NCBI GenBank assembly: GCA_031274195.1
Contig: JAISQM010000009.1
Coordinates: 13,588 to 77,587 of the forward strand
DNA from: Eubacteriales Family XIII. Incertae Sedis bacterium
GTDB lineage: Bacteria; Bacillota; Clostridia; Peptostreptococcales; Anaerovoracaceae
Direction: 5' to 3'
DNA: 64,000 bases
Under the pieces are notes generated by a model. The model saw only the letters and a list, made by a program, of their open reading frames with translations, made no database searches and was not told the DNA's origin. Both the position numbers and the translations under genes were made by a program. This document shows, one piece after another, positions 8,867 to 17,378 of the stretch. Positions within the stretch are counted from its first letter, which is position 1; each line of letters opens with the position of its first letter.

Positions 8867-9875
8867 CAGGGAATTGCTCACGTTGGGCATAGAAACAAGC
8901 TGCGATGAAACGTCGGCCTCCGTCACGCGGGGCGGCCGCCATGTGCTGTCCAACGTGATATCGTCTCAGATACACGTGCACGAGGCCTTCGGAGGAGTGG
9001 TGCCCGAGATCGCTTCGCGCCACCATTTGACACAGATCAACGCCGTGATAGACACCGCCATGAAAGACGCCGGCGTCGCCTTTCCCGATCTTGACTTGAT
9101 CGGCGTCACAGAAGGACCGGGACTCGTGGGTGCCGTGCTCATCGGCCTCTCCACCGCGAAAGCGATGGCGCTCGCGTTGGACAAGCCCTTAGTCGGCGTA
9201 CACCACATCAAAGGCCACATCTGCGCGGCCTATCTCGAACACGAAGAACTCTCGCCGCCGCTCCTCTCTCTCGTCGTCTCCGGCGGACATACGTATCTGA
9301 TCGATGTGCGCGATCACCAAAATTTTGAGATTCTTGGGCGAACGCGTGACGATGCCGTCGGCGAAGCCTTTGACAAGGTCGCGAGAGTGTTGGGTCTCGG
9401 CTATCCCGGCGGTCCCAAGGTGGACGAGGCCGCGCGCCGCGGAAATCCCGAGGCGGTCGCTTTCAAGCGCGTCATGCTGGAAAAGGACAGTCTCGATTTC
9501 AGTTTCAGCGGCATCAAAACGGGCGTCCTAAACTACGTAAACACCGAAAGACAAGCCGGTCGGCCGATAAACCTCGCCGATGTCGCGGCGAGCTTCCAAG
9601 CCTCCGTCGTCGATGTCGTCGTCGCCAAGACACAGTTGGCTATAGATCGGGCGGGGTACAAGACGCTGACGGTCGGCGGCGGCGTCGCCTCAAACAGTCT
9701 CCTGCGCCGGCGTCTCACCGAGGCCTGCGATGCTGCGGGCGTCAAGCTCTATATCCCGTCGCCCATCTTCTGTACGGACAATGCCGCCATGATCGCCTGT
9801 GCCGCCCACTGCGACTATATAGCCGGCAAAGTCTCCTCGTTGAATTTAGACGCCAAAGCGAACTTCCAACTGTAA
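8856..9875 (+). CDS. tsaD: tRNA N6-adenosine threonylcarbamoyltransferase TsaD
   Basis: LTLGIETSCDETSAS, GGVVPEIASRHH and GVHHIKGH motifs. ATG 8856 is chosen because the ORF track start at 8727 lies inside rimI. Confidence 0.92.
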   Translation: MKIDRELLTLGIETSCDETSASVTRGGRHVLSNVISSQIHVHEAFGGVVPEIASRHHLTQINAVIDTAMKDAGVAFPDLDLIGVTEGPGLVGAVLIGLSTAKAMALALDKPLVGVHHIKGHICAAYLEHEELSPPLLSLVVSGGHTYLIDVRDHQNFEILGRTRDDAVGEAFDKVARVLGLGYPGGPKVDEAARRGNPEAVAFKRVMLEKDSLDFSFSGIKTGVLNYVNTERQAGRPINLADVAASFQASVVDVVVAKTQLAIDRAGYKTLTVGGGVASNSLLRRRLTEACDAAGVKLYIPSPIFCTDNAAMIACAAHCDYIAGKVSSLNLDAKANFQL

Positions 9876-10043
9876 TAAAAAATCACAAGTCGCAAATCAC
9901 AAAAAAGTTGTAATATTTTTTAATTTCCGCAGTACGTATTATATATAACGATTGAACACCCCATAGATACCAAGGGTTCAATCGAAACTACTCAATCGGT
10001 GTTCCCGCAGAAGCCGCTGAGTGGCAGTATTTTGTATCTGCTA

Positions 10044-10072
10044 TTGCAATTAGAATTGAGATATTATATACT
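10044..10072 (+). promoter_or_regulatory. SigA-type promoter of cassette 1 (TTGCAA-N17-TATACT)
   Basis: -35 TTGCAA at 10044-10049, a 17-nt spacer, and -10 TATACT at 10067-10072. The same architecture precedes cassettes 2 and 3. Confidence 0.6.
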
Positions 10073-10153
10073 CTAAAGCAAATAATGCCGTGCGACAAAT
10101 ACGCGAAAAAACGGTTTGTGGCAAGGTTGCAGGAAGTAGCGGGAGGGAAGATT

Positions 10154-11008
10154 ATGAGCGTTGTATTGATTACGGAAGAACATAAGTTGGCGTTTTCCGG
10201 CTATGCGCCGGAATATCTGAGAGAGGATATGCTTCAAGACGAAACGGTTTCTCTGGGAGCTGTCGATGATGAGACCGGCACGGCTGCCGGTGTACTCATT
10301 TCCAATGTGTTCAATAATTGGGTTGAGATCGTCTGGGTCTATGTGGGAGAGGAATACCGCGGACGCGGGTTTGCGCGTGAAATGCTCGAAAAGCTGATGG
10401 CGCAGGCCGTCGCTGTTCCGGATCTGGAGGGCATCACGGCGCAGCTCGGCAAGGAGGATACGTCTAAGGCGTTTCACGACCTTCTCCGCAGCGAGCTTTT
10501 CAGATTCCGCGATGAGGAGGATTCGATCTATGTCCTGACTGTCGATATGTTGGCGGGAAATTCTTTCTGGAAGGATTCGGTCGGACGCGAAAATTCGGCG
10601 GCGGTGCCGGTCGGAGAGATACCGACTTTCGTCCGCGATTCCTTTGAAAAGCACATCGCGTCCTTGCCCGAAGGCATCCCGATCCGCCGTCCTGTTCCGT
10701 GGTCGGACTGCGATCCGAATTTCAGCATGGGGTATCTCAAGAACGACAAGTTGGTCGGACTTCTGCTCATTACCCGTGACGGAGACGATGTCGAATTGTC
10801 ATTCGCGTATGCCGAACCCGGTGAAAATCTCGCGCTCGCGTCGATGTTGCGCGCGGCGGGACATAAGATAATGCAGACCATGCCGAAGGAGACTCAGATA
10901 TCGCTGATGGCGTTAAATGATACTTCCGCCTCGCTTGTTGAGAAGTTATTTCCGGAACTGGGGCGCGGGACGATGCAGAGGGCAGTCTATCCATTCTATA
11001 GAAAGTGA
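10154..11008 (+). CDS. Two-domain GNAT-like acetyltransferase, cassette copy 1
   Basis: VWVYVGEEYRGRGFAREMLEKL carries the R-x-x-G-x-A acetyl-CoA motif, followed by a second GNAT-like half (ELSFAYAEPGENLALASMLRAAG). ATG 10154 follows GGGAGGGAAG. Paralogous to 16512 and 19867. Confidence 0.7.
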   Translation: MSVVLITEEHKLAFSGYAPEYLREDMLQDETVSLGAVDDETGTAAGVLISNVFNNWVEIVWVYVGEEYRGRGFAREMLEKLMAQAVAVPDLEGITAQLGKEDTSKAFHDLLRSELFRFRDEEDSIYVLTVDMLAGNSFWKDSVGRENSAAVPVGEIPTFVRDSFEKHIASLPEGIPIRRPVPWSDCDPNFSMGYLKNDKLVGLLLITRDGDDVELSFAYAEPGENLALASMLRAAGHKIMQTMPKETQISLMALNDTSASLVEKLFPELGRGTMQRAVYPFYRK

Positions 11009-11017
11009 GGACGAAAA

Positions 11018-13213
11018 ATGAGTGTGACACGAAGTGATTTGACGGCGGGACGGGGACCGGTCCCGCATGATCCCGTACAGCAGCAACAGGAGGAGGAAGC
11101 GCAACGCTATTTGCGAGGACAGTTGTTGTCGACTGAAGCGCGAGAGGCAGACGCTGATGCTTTGGAAGTCGCTCGAAGAAAGGAAGTTTTACTGGTCGAC
11201 AAGGCCAATGCCGAGTTATTGCGTCGCGGCTTAAACGCGGATACGCATACCGCGGGTTACGTAAAGATAAGCCCTCCGGATACACAGCCGCAGATATCGA
11301 GCCCATACGGAAAATTGACGGCGCGGCAGAAACGCAAACTCCGAAGTCGGCAAGAGGATAACGAGAGAAAAGCGAGACAAAGCGGTGATCCAAAAGATCC
11401 CCTTACCGCTGTTACGGTGTCGGGCGAGACTTTACCGATGCAACGCGAGATCAAACGTCTGAATCACAAGGATAAGACGGCCAAACCGATCGAGGTGGGT
11501 GATGATTACGTATCAAGAGGAATGCAACCGCAGTATGACGCCGCTCTGTTTGATCGGTCGTTCTCCGCGAAGACGGACATTGCGATCGATATCGCGGCCA
11601 TCCGGTCTCAAATTAAAACCACCGAAGCGATTCTCCAAAAAAGAACGCAGGTCGGAGCGCGGTTGACGATGGAAGAAGATGCCACATTCGAGCATCTCGC
11701 GAAGACGAATGCCGCGGCGAAGACCGCTCTGCGCGCCATAATTGGATCCAATGGCATAGATTCGGAGACCGGGGACAGATTGTCTCCGAGGGACGCCAAT
11801 CGCTTTGGGGCGGAAAAAAACAAGGCGATTGCCGAATATCGCAGACTCACTTTGAATCGTTCGAACTTGATAGCCGATATCTTACTCGAGAAGTTGCAGC
11901 AAGATCCGAGGTTTACCGGCGCGGTGGCGGAGGAGGCAGAAAAGCGAGCGTGGGCTGCCATTGCGGAAACAGAAGGTCTGGACGAGGAGACGAGAGCGAG
12001 ATTGGTGGCTCGTGCCCAAAACGGCTCTACCCAGAGGGATCGGGACGGGGCAACGCACGATCTTGCCAAGAGAGAGGAAAACCAAAAGTATTACAAGCTC
12101 ATGCAAGAATCCGACATCAAATTCTGTGACCTCGCGTCGGCGGGGGCCTATATGAAGTTACTCAAGTTCGTGGATCAGAATCGGACAAGATACGAACAAT
12201 ATAAAAAGCAGTTTGACTTGATGTTTCGTGAGTATTCCGACCTTATGAAATTTCTCGAAGCTCAAAACAGACTGGGTTTTCGGCTTCAGCAGGTCGGCTC
12301 CCACTTCGGGATTCAGGCGGGGATGGTGACTCAAATGAACTGGAACGTCAAGGATGAGAATCCCCGGTATAAGGTTGCGCAGGTGCGAATCAGAGACTTG
12401 GGCCAAGCCATGGAGCATCTGTTGACAGGGGAGAAAACGAAAAATACGAGAGCCGCGATGTTGCTCGAAGATGAACATAATATCGTCACCGATCAGCGCC
12501 GAGAGGAAATCGAGCACGCCAAATGGAATACACCTCCGACGGATCCTGAGCAGTACGCCGAGTTTGCGGTGGCACATCTGTCGAGACGTCACCGGATGAC
12601 TGCAAATGCGAAAAAGGCGGGGATTGACGCCACTGCCGGACACAGTGCTTCGGATCGCATGAATCGCGATCTTGGTGTGTTATTGTGGAATACGGGTTTT
12701 GAGACGGACAGCAGCGGAGAGCCGCTTACCGAGCAGGATAGGACGAATAAGGGACTATGTGAACGTAATGCTCGATACCTGCGCGATAAGAGCGTTAGTG
12801 TAAATTTTGCGGACACGGTACTGAGCCCGATATTTACGGAAATCGCCAATTTTGTGCCTACACCCGAGATGTTTGAGGACTCCTATTTTTACAGTCACAT
12901 CGAACAATTAATCGGTTTCACGGAAAAGGGTCTCTCATTTGCGGATTATTGTACGGAGTATCCGGGATATGTCTCATATTTGCAAACGAACAGAAAGGCT
13001 CTCTACGAGAAGTATACGCGCCTTAGAAGTCTTCACACATGCGCCGCGTCTCTGTGTAGAAGCAAGCTCGGAATGATTGGCGTGGATATCCAACATGGGA
13101 CAATGTTTTCTGAAGAGGCGAGCGAAAGTCAGAGCAACGCATCACGGGGACTCTTTGCTCTGCAAATGGATATGTTAAAAGAGGCATTTGCTGCCTACAA
13201 CGCCGCCGGTTGA
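11018..13213 (+). CDS. Large helical protein of unknown function, cassette copy 1 (731 aa)
   Basis: Starts 10 nt after the GNAT stop. Shares sequence islands with 17375 and 20730: a basic patch (KLTARQKRKLRSRQEDNERKA), GETLPM, FD(R/P)SFS.KTD..IDI..IR, HLLTG, and IVTDQRREE. Confidence 0.6.
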   Translation: MSVTRSDLTAGRGPVPHDPVQQQQEEEAQRYLRGQLLSTEAREADADALEVARRKEVLLVDKANAELLRRGLNADTHTAGYVKISPPDTQPQISSPYGKLTARQKRKLRSRQEDNERKARQSGDPKDPLTAVTVSGETLPMQREIKRLNHKDKTAKPIEVGDDYVSRGMQPQYDAALFDRSFSAKTDIAIDIAAIRSQIKTTEAILQKRTQVGARLTMEEDATFEHLAKTNAAAKTALRAIIGSNGIDSETGDRLSPRDANRFGAEKNKAIAEYRRLTLNRSNLIADILLEKLQQDPRFTGAVAEEAEKRAWAAIAETEGLDEETRARLVARAQNGSTQRDRDGATHDLAKREENQKYYKLMQESDIKFCDLASAGAYMKLLKFVDQNRTRYEQYKKQFDLMFREYSDLMKFLEAQNRLGFRLQQVGSHFGIQAGMVTQMNWNVKDENPRYKVAQVRIRDLGQAMEHLLTGEKTKNTRAAMLLEDEHNIVTDQRREEIEHAKWNTPPTDPEQYAEFAVAHLSRRHRMTANAKKAGIDATAGHSASDRMNRDLGVLLWNTGFETDSSGEPLTEQDRTNKGLCERNARYLRDKSVSVNFADTVLSPIFTEIANFVPTPEMFEDSYFYSHIEQLIGFTEKGLSFADYCTEYPGYVSYLQTNRKALYEKYTRLRSLHTCAASLCRSKLGMIGVDIQHGTMFSEEASESQSNASRGLFALQMDMLKEAFAAYNAAG

Positions 13214-13265
13214 TGATGTTTCCGTGCACGGCGCGACAATTTTCGCCGAATCGGCGACAGATTGT

Positions 13266-13294
13266 TTGACATCAATGTCATATCCTTATATAAT
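13266..13294 (+). promoter_or_regulatory. Consensus SigA promoter upstream of acpP (TTGACA-N17-TATAAT)
   Basis: Perfect -35 at 13266-13271 and perfect -10 at 13289-13294 with a 17-nt spacer. Confidence 0.7.
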
Positions 13295-13348
13295 TTGGCG
13301 TAAGGCTTTAGTGTAGATTGAATATTGATTGGGAATATGGAGGCAATT

Positions 13349-13579
13349 ATGGCATTTGATAAGGTTAAGGCTATCATCGTTGAGCAACTTCAGGTGGAGG
13401 ATTCGGCTGTCACACTCGAGACGAGCCTGATGAAAGATCTGGAGGCGGATTCATTGGACGCTGTTGAGATCATCATGGGCATCGAAACCGAGTTTAGCAT
13501 CGAGATACCCGACGAGGACGCGGAGAAATTTCAGACCATCGGCGATATTGTAAAATACGTTGAGGAACACAAAAACTGA
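13349..13579 (+). CDS. acpP: Acyl carrier protein
   Basis: The [16 protein letters not shown] motif contains the phosphopantetheine-attachment serine (DSLD). ATG 13349 follows ATGGAGG. Confidence 0.9.
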   Translation: MAFDKVKAIIVEQLQVEDSAVTLETSLMKDLEADSLDAVEIIMGIETEFSIEIPDEDAEKFQTIGDIVKYVEEHKN

Positions 13580-13582
13580 TCG

Positions 13583-14215
13583 ATGAAGACACCTACCAAG
13601 ATTTCACCGGCGGTCATCAAAAGACTTCCGAGGTATCGACGGTTTTTGATTGATTTGCGGAAGAAAGGTATCGAGCGGGTATCCTCAGGGGCGCTCAGCG
13701 AGCTCATGGGATATACCGCTTCCCAGATCAGGCAGGATCTCAACAATTTCGGAGGGTTTGGGCAGCAGGGCTACGGCTATAATGTTGACGCGCTCAGCGA
13801 AGGGATTGACGCGATTTTAGGACTCTGTGCGCACTATCATATCATCATCGTCGGCGTCGGCAATCTCGGTCGTGCCGTGGCGAATTACACCTATTTCTAC
13901 AAGAACGAATTTGAGATAGGAGCGATGTTCGATATCGATCCCGCTGTAATCGGGACGCAGATAGGCGGCGTCACGGTGCAAGGCGTCGATCTGTTGTCCG
14001 ACTATCTGTCCGGACACGATGTGGACATCGGCATCATCACGACGAGTCGCAGTAGCGCCCAGAGCATCGCTGATGTCATGGTGGGCTGTGGCGTGAGGGG
14101 CATCTGGAATTTCGCGCCGACCGATCTCGAAGTGCCGGAGGGTGTGGCTCTGCAAGCCGTGCATCTGAGCGACAGCTTACACGAGCTCGTATACTACATC
14201 AACAATCAAAAATAA
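13583..14215 (+). CDS. rex: Redox-sensing transcriptional repressor Rex
   Basis: ISPAVIKRLPRYRRFL..SSGALSELMGYTASQIRQDLNNFGGFGQQGYGYNV and a Rossmann GVGNLG motif. Confidence 0.9.
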   Translation: MKTPTKISPAVIKRLPRYRRFLIDLRKKGIERVSSGALSELMGYTASQIRQDLNNFGGFGQQGYGYNVDALSEGIDAILGLCAHYHIIIVGVGNLGRAVANYTYFYKNEFEIGAMFDIDPAVIGTQIGGVTVQGVDLLSDYLSGHDVDIGIITTSRSSAQSIADVMVGCGVRGIWNFAPTDLEVPEGVALQAVHLSDSLHELVYYINNQK

Positions 14216-14296
14216 AACGATTACTGCCCGTGCGCAGTAATATAAAACGACCGCCTCCTGACAGAGACGGCCGTTTGTTCTTGTAGGTGACGCTTC

Positions 14297-14464
14297 TTAC
14301 GCTTCGACAGGCGCTTCGACGGGACACGCGCCCGCGCATGCGCCGCAATCGATGCACTTTTCCGCGTCGATTGCGTAGGGTGTTCCCTCGCTGATCGCGT
14401 CGACGGGGCATTCCGCAACGCAGGCTCCGCATGCGATACAAGAATCTTGGATTGTATAAGCCAT
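14297..14464 (-). CDS. 2x[4Fe-4S] clostridial-type ferredoxin (55 aa, absent from the ORF track)
   Basis: My own minus-strand translation gives MAYTIQDSCIACGACVAECPVDAISEGTPYAIDAEKCIDCGACAGACPVEAPVEA. It has two CxxCxxCxxxCP motifs and an AAAGGAGGA RBS 6 nt upstream of the ATG. Confidence 0.85.
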   Translation of the reverse strand: MAYTIQDSCIACGACVAECPVDAISEGTPYAIDAEKCIDCGACAGACPVEAPVEA

Positions 14465-14640
14465 TTTCATCCTCCTTTAGATATGATATAATAGCCGCAA
14501 AATGGCTATTATCGATTTGATGCCTCCCGCTTCGCGGAGATGGCACATTATAACACAACTCCTCTGCATTTATGCTATAATATACAGTCAAATCGATTAT
14601 ACCAGAACCCCGCGAATAAGTAAAGACGAAGAAATAAACG

Positions 14641-15495
14641 ATGAAAGTATACAGTTTGGTAGGAAAGAGCGGCACCGGTAAGAGTTTTCAGGCGAACAGC
14701 CTCTGCAGTGTGCGCGGCATAGAGAGCATCATCGACGATGGCCTCTTTATCGAGAACGGTCGCATTCTCGCGGGCACGTCCGCGAAACGGCAGGAAACGA
14801 AGATCAAAGCCATCAAGACCGCACTGTTCAAGGACGATGTCCATAGGAACGAGGTGATGCGGAAGATACAGGAAGTAAGACCCGCGTCCATGCTCGTCAT
14901 CGGCACCTCCGATAAGATGATCGACCAGATCACAGACAGGCTCGGACTCCCGAAGCCCTTCGAGCGCGTCGACATCGAGCAACTCACCACGGAGGAGGAG
15001 CGCGCGTTGGCCTACAGGCAAAGGTATGAGCTTGGCAAGCACATCATTCCCGTGCCAACGGTGCAGGTCAAAAAGGAATTTTCGGGATACTTCATTCATC
15101 CGGTTCGCAGGTTCAAGGACATACGGAATGATCTGCTCGGGGGCTTCAATCCGTTTACGGATCGGGATATCCGGCATCCTTTCGCGGAGCGCTCCGTCGT
15201 CAGACCGACATTCAGCTATTTGGGGAGATACGCCATCTCCGATAAAGCCATCGGAGATATCATCACATTGGTGGCCGGCGATATCGCGGAGGTTGATTCC
15301 CTCCCGCTGATTTTCGTAAAGAATCGCAAGGAAGGCGTCATCATCGAGATAGGCGTCGTCCTGCGCTATGGCAGCCGTATACCGGACGCGGCGCGGAAAC
15401 TGCAGCGCTTGATCTCGGACAAGGTGGGGCAGATGACCTCCATCAACATCCTGTCGGTAAACATCGAGATACAGGGTCTGATGTGGGATAGATAG
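14641..15495 (+). CDS. P-loop domain fused to an Asp23/Gls24-like domain
   Basis: N-terminal Walker A GKSGTGKS. The C-terminal half (YAISDKAIGDIITLVAGDIAEV...VIIEIGVVLRYGSRIPDAARKLQRLISDKVGQMTSINILSVNIEI) matches the Asp23 family pattern. An extended -10 (TGCTATAAT) lies at 14573-14581. Confidence 0.65.
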   Translation: MKVYSLVGKSGTGKSFQANSLCSVRGIESIIDDGLFIENGRILAGTSAKRQETKIKAIKTALFKDDVHRNEVMRKIQEVRPASMLVIGTSDKMIDQITDRLGLPKPFERVDIEQLTTEEERALAYRQRYELGKHIIPVPTVQVKKEFSGYFIHPVRRFKDIRNDLLGGFNPFTDRDIRHPFAERSVVRPTFSYLGRYAISDKAIGDIITLVAGDIAEVDSLPLIFVKNRKEGVIIEIGVVLRYGSRIPDAARKLQRLISDKVGQMTSINILSVNIEIQGLMWDR

Positions 15496-15527
15496 AGCGG
15501 TGCGGGCAACATATCGGAGGATGCGTT

Positions 15528-16319
15528 ATGCCGGGGGACTTGGTTAAACAGGTATTTGAAAACGTGGGAAATTTCAAGCTCGCCGGTATCTTTGACTGCG
15601 GCCAGTGCTTTCGGTGGAACAGGGAAGCGGACGGCAGCTACAGCGGCATCGTCGAGAGCGCCTTTGCCAACATCTCGTTTTCGCCATACGACGGCAAGGA
15701 AAATGAAGGAATCGTAACGATCTGGAGCAACCACCTCGCCCAATTCCCATCCCTGCGGGAAAAATTCTGGCGTAACTATTTGGACTTAGACCGGGACTAC
15801 GCCGCCGTCAAGCACCTATTCCCTGCCGAAGACCTCGTGACGGCCAAGGCCGCCGGCGTACTCGGCGGCATGAGGATACTGAATCAGAACAAATGGGAGA
15901 CGCTCATCTCGTTTTTGATCTCCCAGAGCAACGATCTCCCTCGCGCAAAGTCCTGCATCGAGCGGCTGTGTGTAGAACACGGCAGGAGGATAGGGTGCCT
16001 CAAAGGGAGGGCGATCTACACATTCCCTTCCATAGACAGACTGTCCGTGCTCAGAGAACACCACCTCGACAATTGCCGGCTCGGATATCGCGCCAAATAC
16101 ATCGTGGAGACCGCGCGCCGGATCGCCTACGACGGCGGAGCTTTCCTCGAAACGGGGGAGAGCATCCCCACAGCTAAAATAGAAAAATATCTCCTGTCGC
16201 TATCGGGCGTGAGCCCCGAGGTCGCGAACTGCGTCATGCTCTTTTCGATGAAGAAAATCGAAATATTTTCGCGAATCGCCTGTAATGTTTCCGAAAATCA
16301 GAAGTATATGTTGCTGTAA
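15528..16319 (+). CDS. 8-oxoguanine DNA glycosylase/AlkA-like HhH-GPD protein, apparently degenerate at the 3' end
   Basis: The N-terminus (FDCGQCFRWN) and HhH region (LLSLSGVSPEVANCVMLF) fit the Ogg/AlkA family. The usual catalytic Lys position reads E, and the ORF ends (SRIACNVSENQKYMLL) where a PVD-type catalytic Asp motif is expected. Confidence 0.55.
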   Translation: MPGDLVKQVFENVGNFKLAGIFDCGQCFRWNREADGSYSGIVESAFANISFSPYDGKENEGIVTIWSNHLAQFPSLREKFWRNYLDLDRDYAAVKHLFPAEDLVTAKAAGVLGGMRILNQNKWETLISFLISQSNDLPRAKSCIERLCVEHGRRIGCLKGRAIYTFPSIDRLSVLREHHLDNCRLGYRAKYIVETARRIAYDGGAFLETGESIPTAKIEKYLLSLSGVSPEVANCVMLFSMKKIEIFSRIACNVSENQKYMLL

Positions 16320-16376
16320 GCTTCTCGTCGAAGTATATTTTTTGACCGAGATGTGAAATTTGTACAGATAACATAC

Positions 16377-16405
16377 TTGCATTATATGTCGAAGCCCTAT
16401 ATACT
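16377..16405 (+). promoter_or_regulatory. SigA-type promoter of cassette 2 (TTGCAT-N17-TATACT)
   Basis: -35 at 16377-16382, -10 at 16400-16405, 17-nt spacer. The TATATACTTTAAG block is shared with cassette 3. Confidence 0.6.
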
Positions 16406-16511
16406 TTAAGTGAAACTTAAAGATTAAAGTGTTGAAAGGTGTGCGCATTCGTAAATAACCGGGACAGTGTTCTGTTTGTGACTCCGCCCGGGGTGGTAGA
16501 AAGGAGAAAAT

Positions 16512-17378
16512 ATGGGTTTGATCTTACTTACGGAAGAAAACAAGTCGGCGTTTCTCAGTTATGTGCCGTCATATCTCCACGCGGAATTATCCGAACCGGA
16601 GTCGGTATCGATCGGCACCTTTGACGACGATTCCGGCATCGCGACCGGCGTGCTCGTGGGGAACGTATTCAACAACTGGGTCGAGATACTCTGGGTATAT
16701 GTGGCGGAGGAATACCGCGAGCACGGTTTGGCGCGGAGCATGCTCAGAGAGCTGATCGCCCATGCCGGCGATGTCCGTGATATAGACGGCATCACAGCTC
16801 AGCTCGGCGACAAGGACGCGCACATGCCGCTGTACAATCTTCTCCGAAGCGAACTTTTCGTCTTCCGCAACGAGGAAGATTCTATCTACACGCTGACCGT
16901 CTCGATGCTGACGGGCAATCCTTTCTGGAGCGACGCGGCGCATAAAGGCGGCTCGGAGGTGATGTCGCTCAAAGATCTGCCGACGTACATCCTCGATTCT
17001 TTTGAAAAGAACATTGCCGCATTACCCGAGGGCGTGCCGGTCAGCCGGCCCGTACCGTGGGACGACTGCGACCTGAATTTCAGCGTGGGATATCTTAAAG
17101 AGGACAAGATGAAAGGCCTGCTTCTCATCGCCCGCGAGGACGAGGATATGGAGCTGTCGTTCGCCTATGCCGACCCCGAGGAAAAGCTGGCGCTCGCGGC
17201 CATGTTGCGCGCGTCGGGAAACAAGGTGATCGAATCCATGCCCCCGGAAACCATGATATCGTTGACGGCACTGAACAGCGCTTCAGCTGCCATCGTTGAA
17301 AAATTATTCCCGGACATCGAGCGCAGGACAGTACTGCGAGCGATCCGGCCATTCGGCGTGAGAGGAGATATGCAATGA
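16512..17378 (+). CDS. Two-domain GNAT-like acetyltransferase, cassette copy 2
   Basis: 288 aa with the LWVYVAEEYREHGLARSMLREL motif. By eye about three quarters of residues match copy 3. RBS GAAAGGAGAA. Confidence 0.7.
   Translation: MGLILLTEENKSAFLSYVPSYLHAELSEPESVSIGTFDDDSGIATGVLVGNVFNNWVEILWVYVAEEYREHGLARSMLRELIAHAGDVRDIDGITAQLGDKDAHMPLYNLLRSELFVFRNEEDSIYTLTVSMLTGNPFWSDAAHKGGSEVMSLKDLPTYILDSFEKNIAALPEGVPVSRPVPWDDCDLNFSVGYLKEDKMKGLLLIAREDEDMELSFAYADPEEKLALAAMLRASGNKVIESMPPETMISLTALNSASAAIVEKLFPDIERRTVLRAIRPFGVRGDMQ

Noticed and set aside
9945-10000. tRNA- or sRNA-like hairpin (GATTGAAC ... GTTCAATC) in the AT-rich gap after tsaD
   Set aside because: There is only one 8-bp stem with a large loop. 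No acceptor, anticodon or T-arm arrangement or cloverleaf can be drawn, and no terminator-like T-tract follows.
14465-14640. Rex operator (TTGTGAA-N-TTCACAA type) in the ferredoxin / Asp23-fusion intergenic region next to rex
   Set aside because: I scanned the gap by eye. The closest sequence, TGTGTTATAATGTGCCA, does not fit the inverted-repeat consensus, so I make no call.
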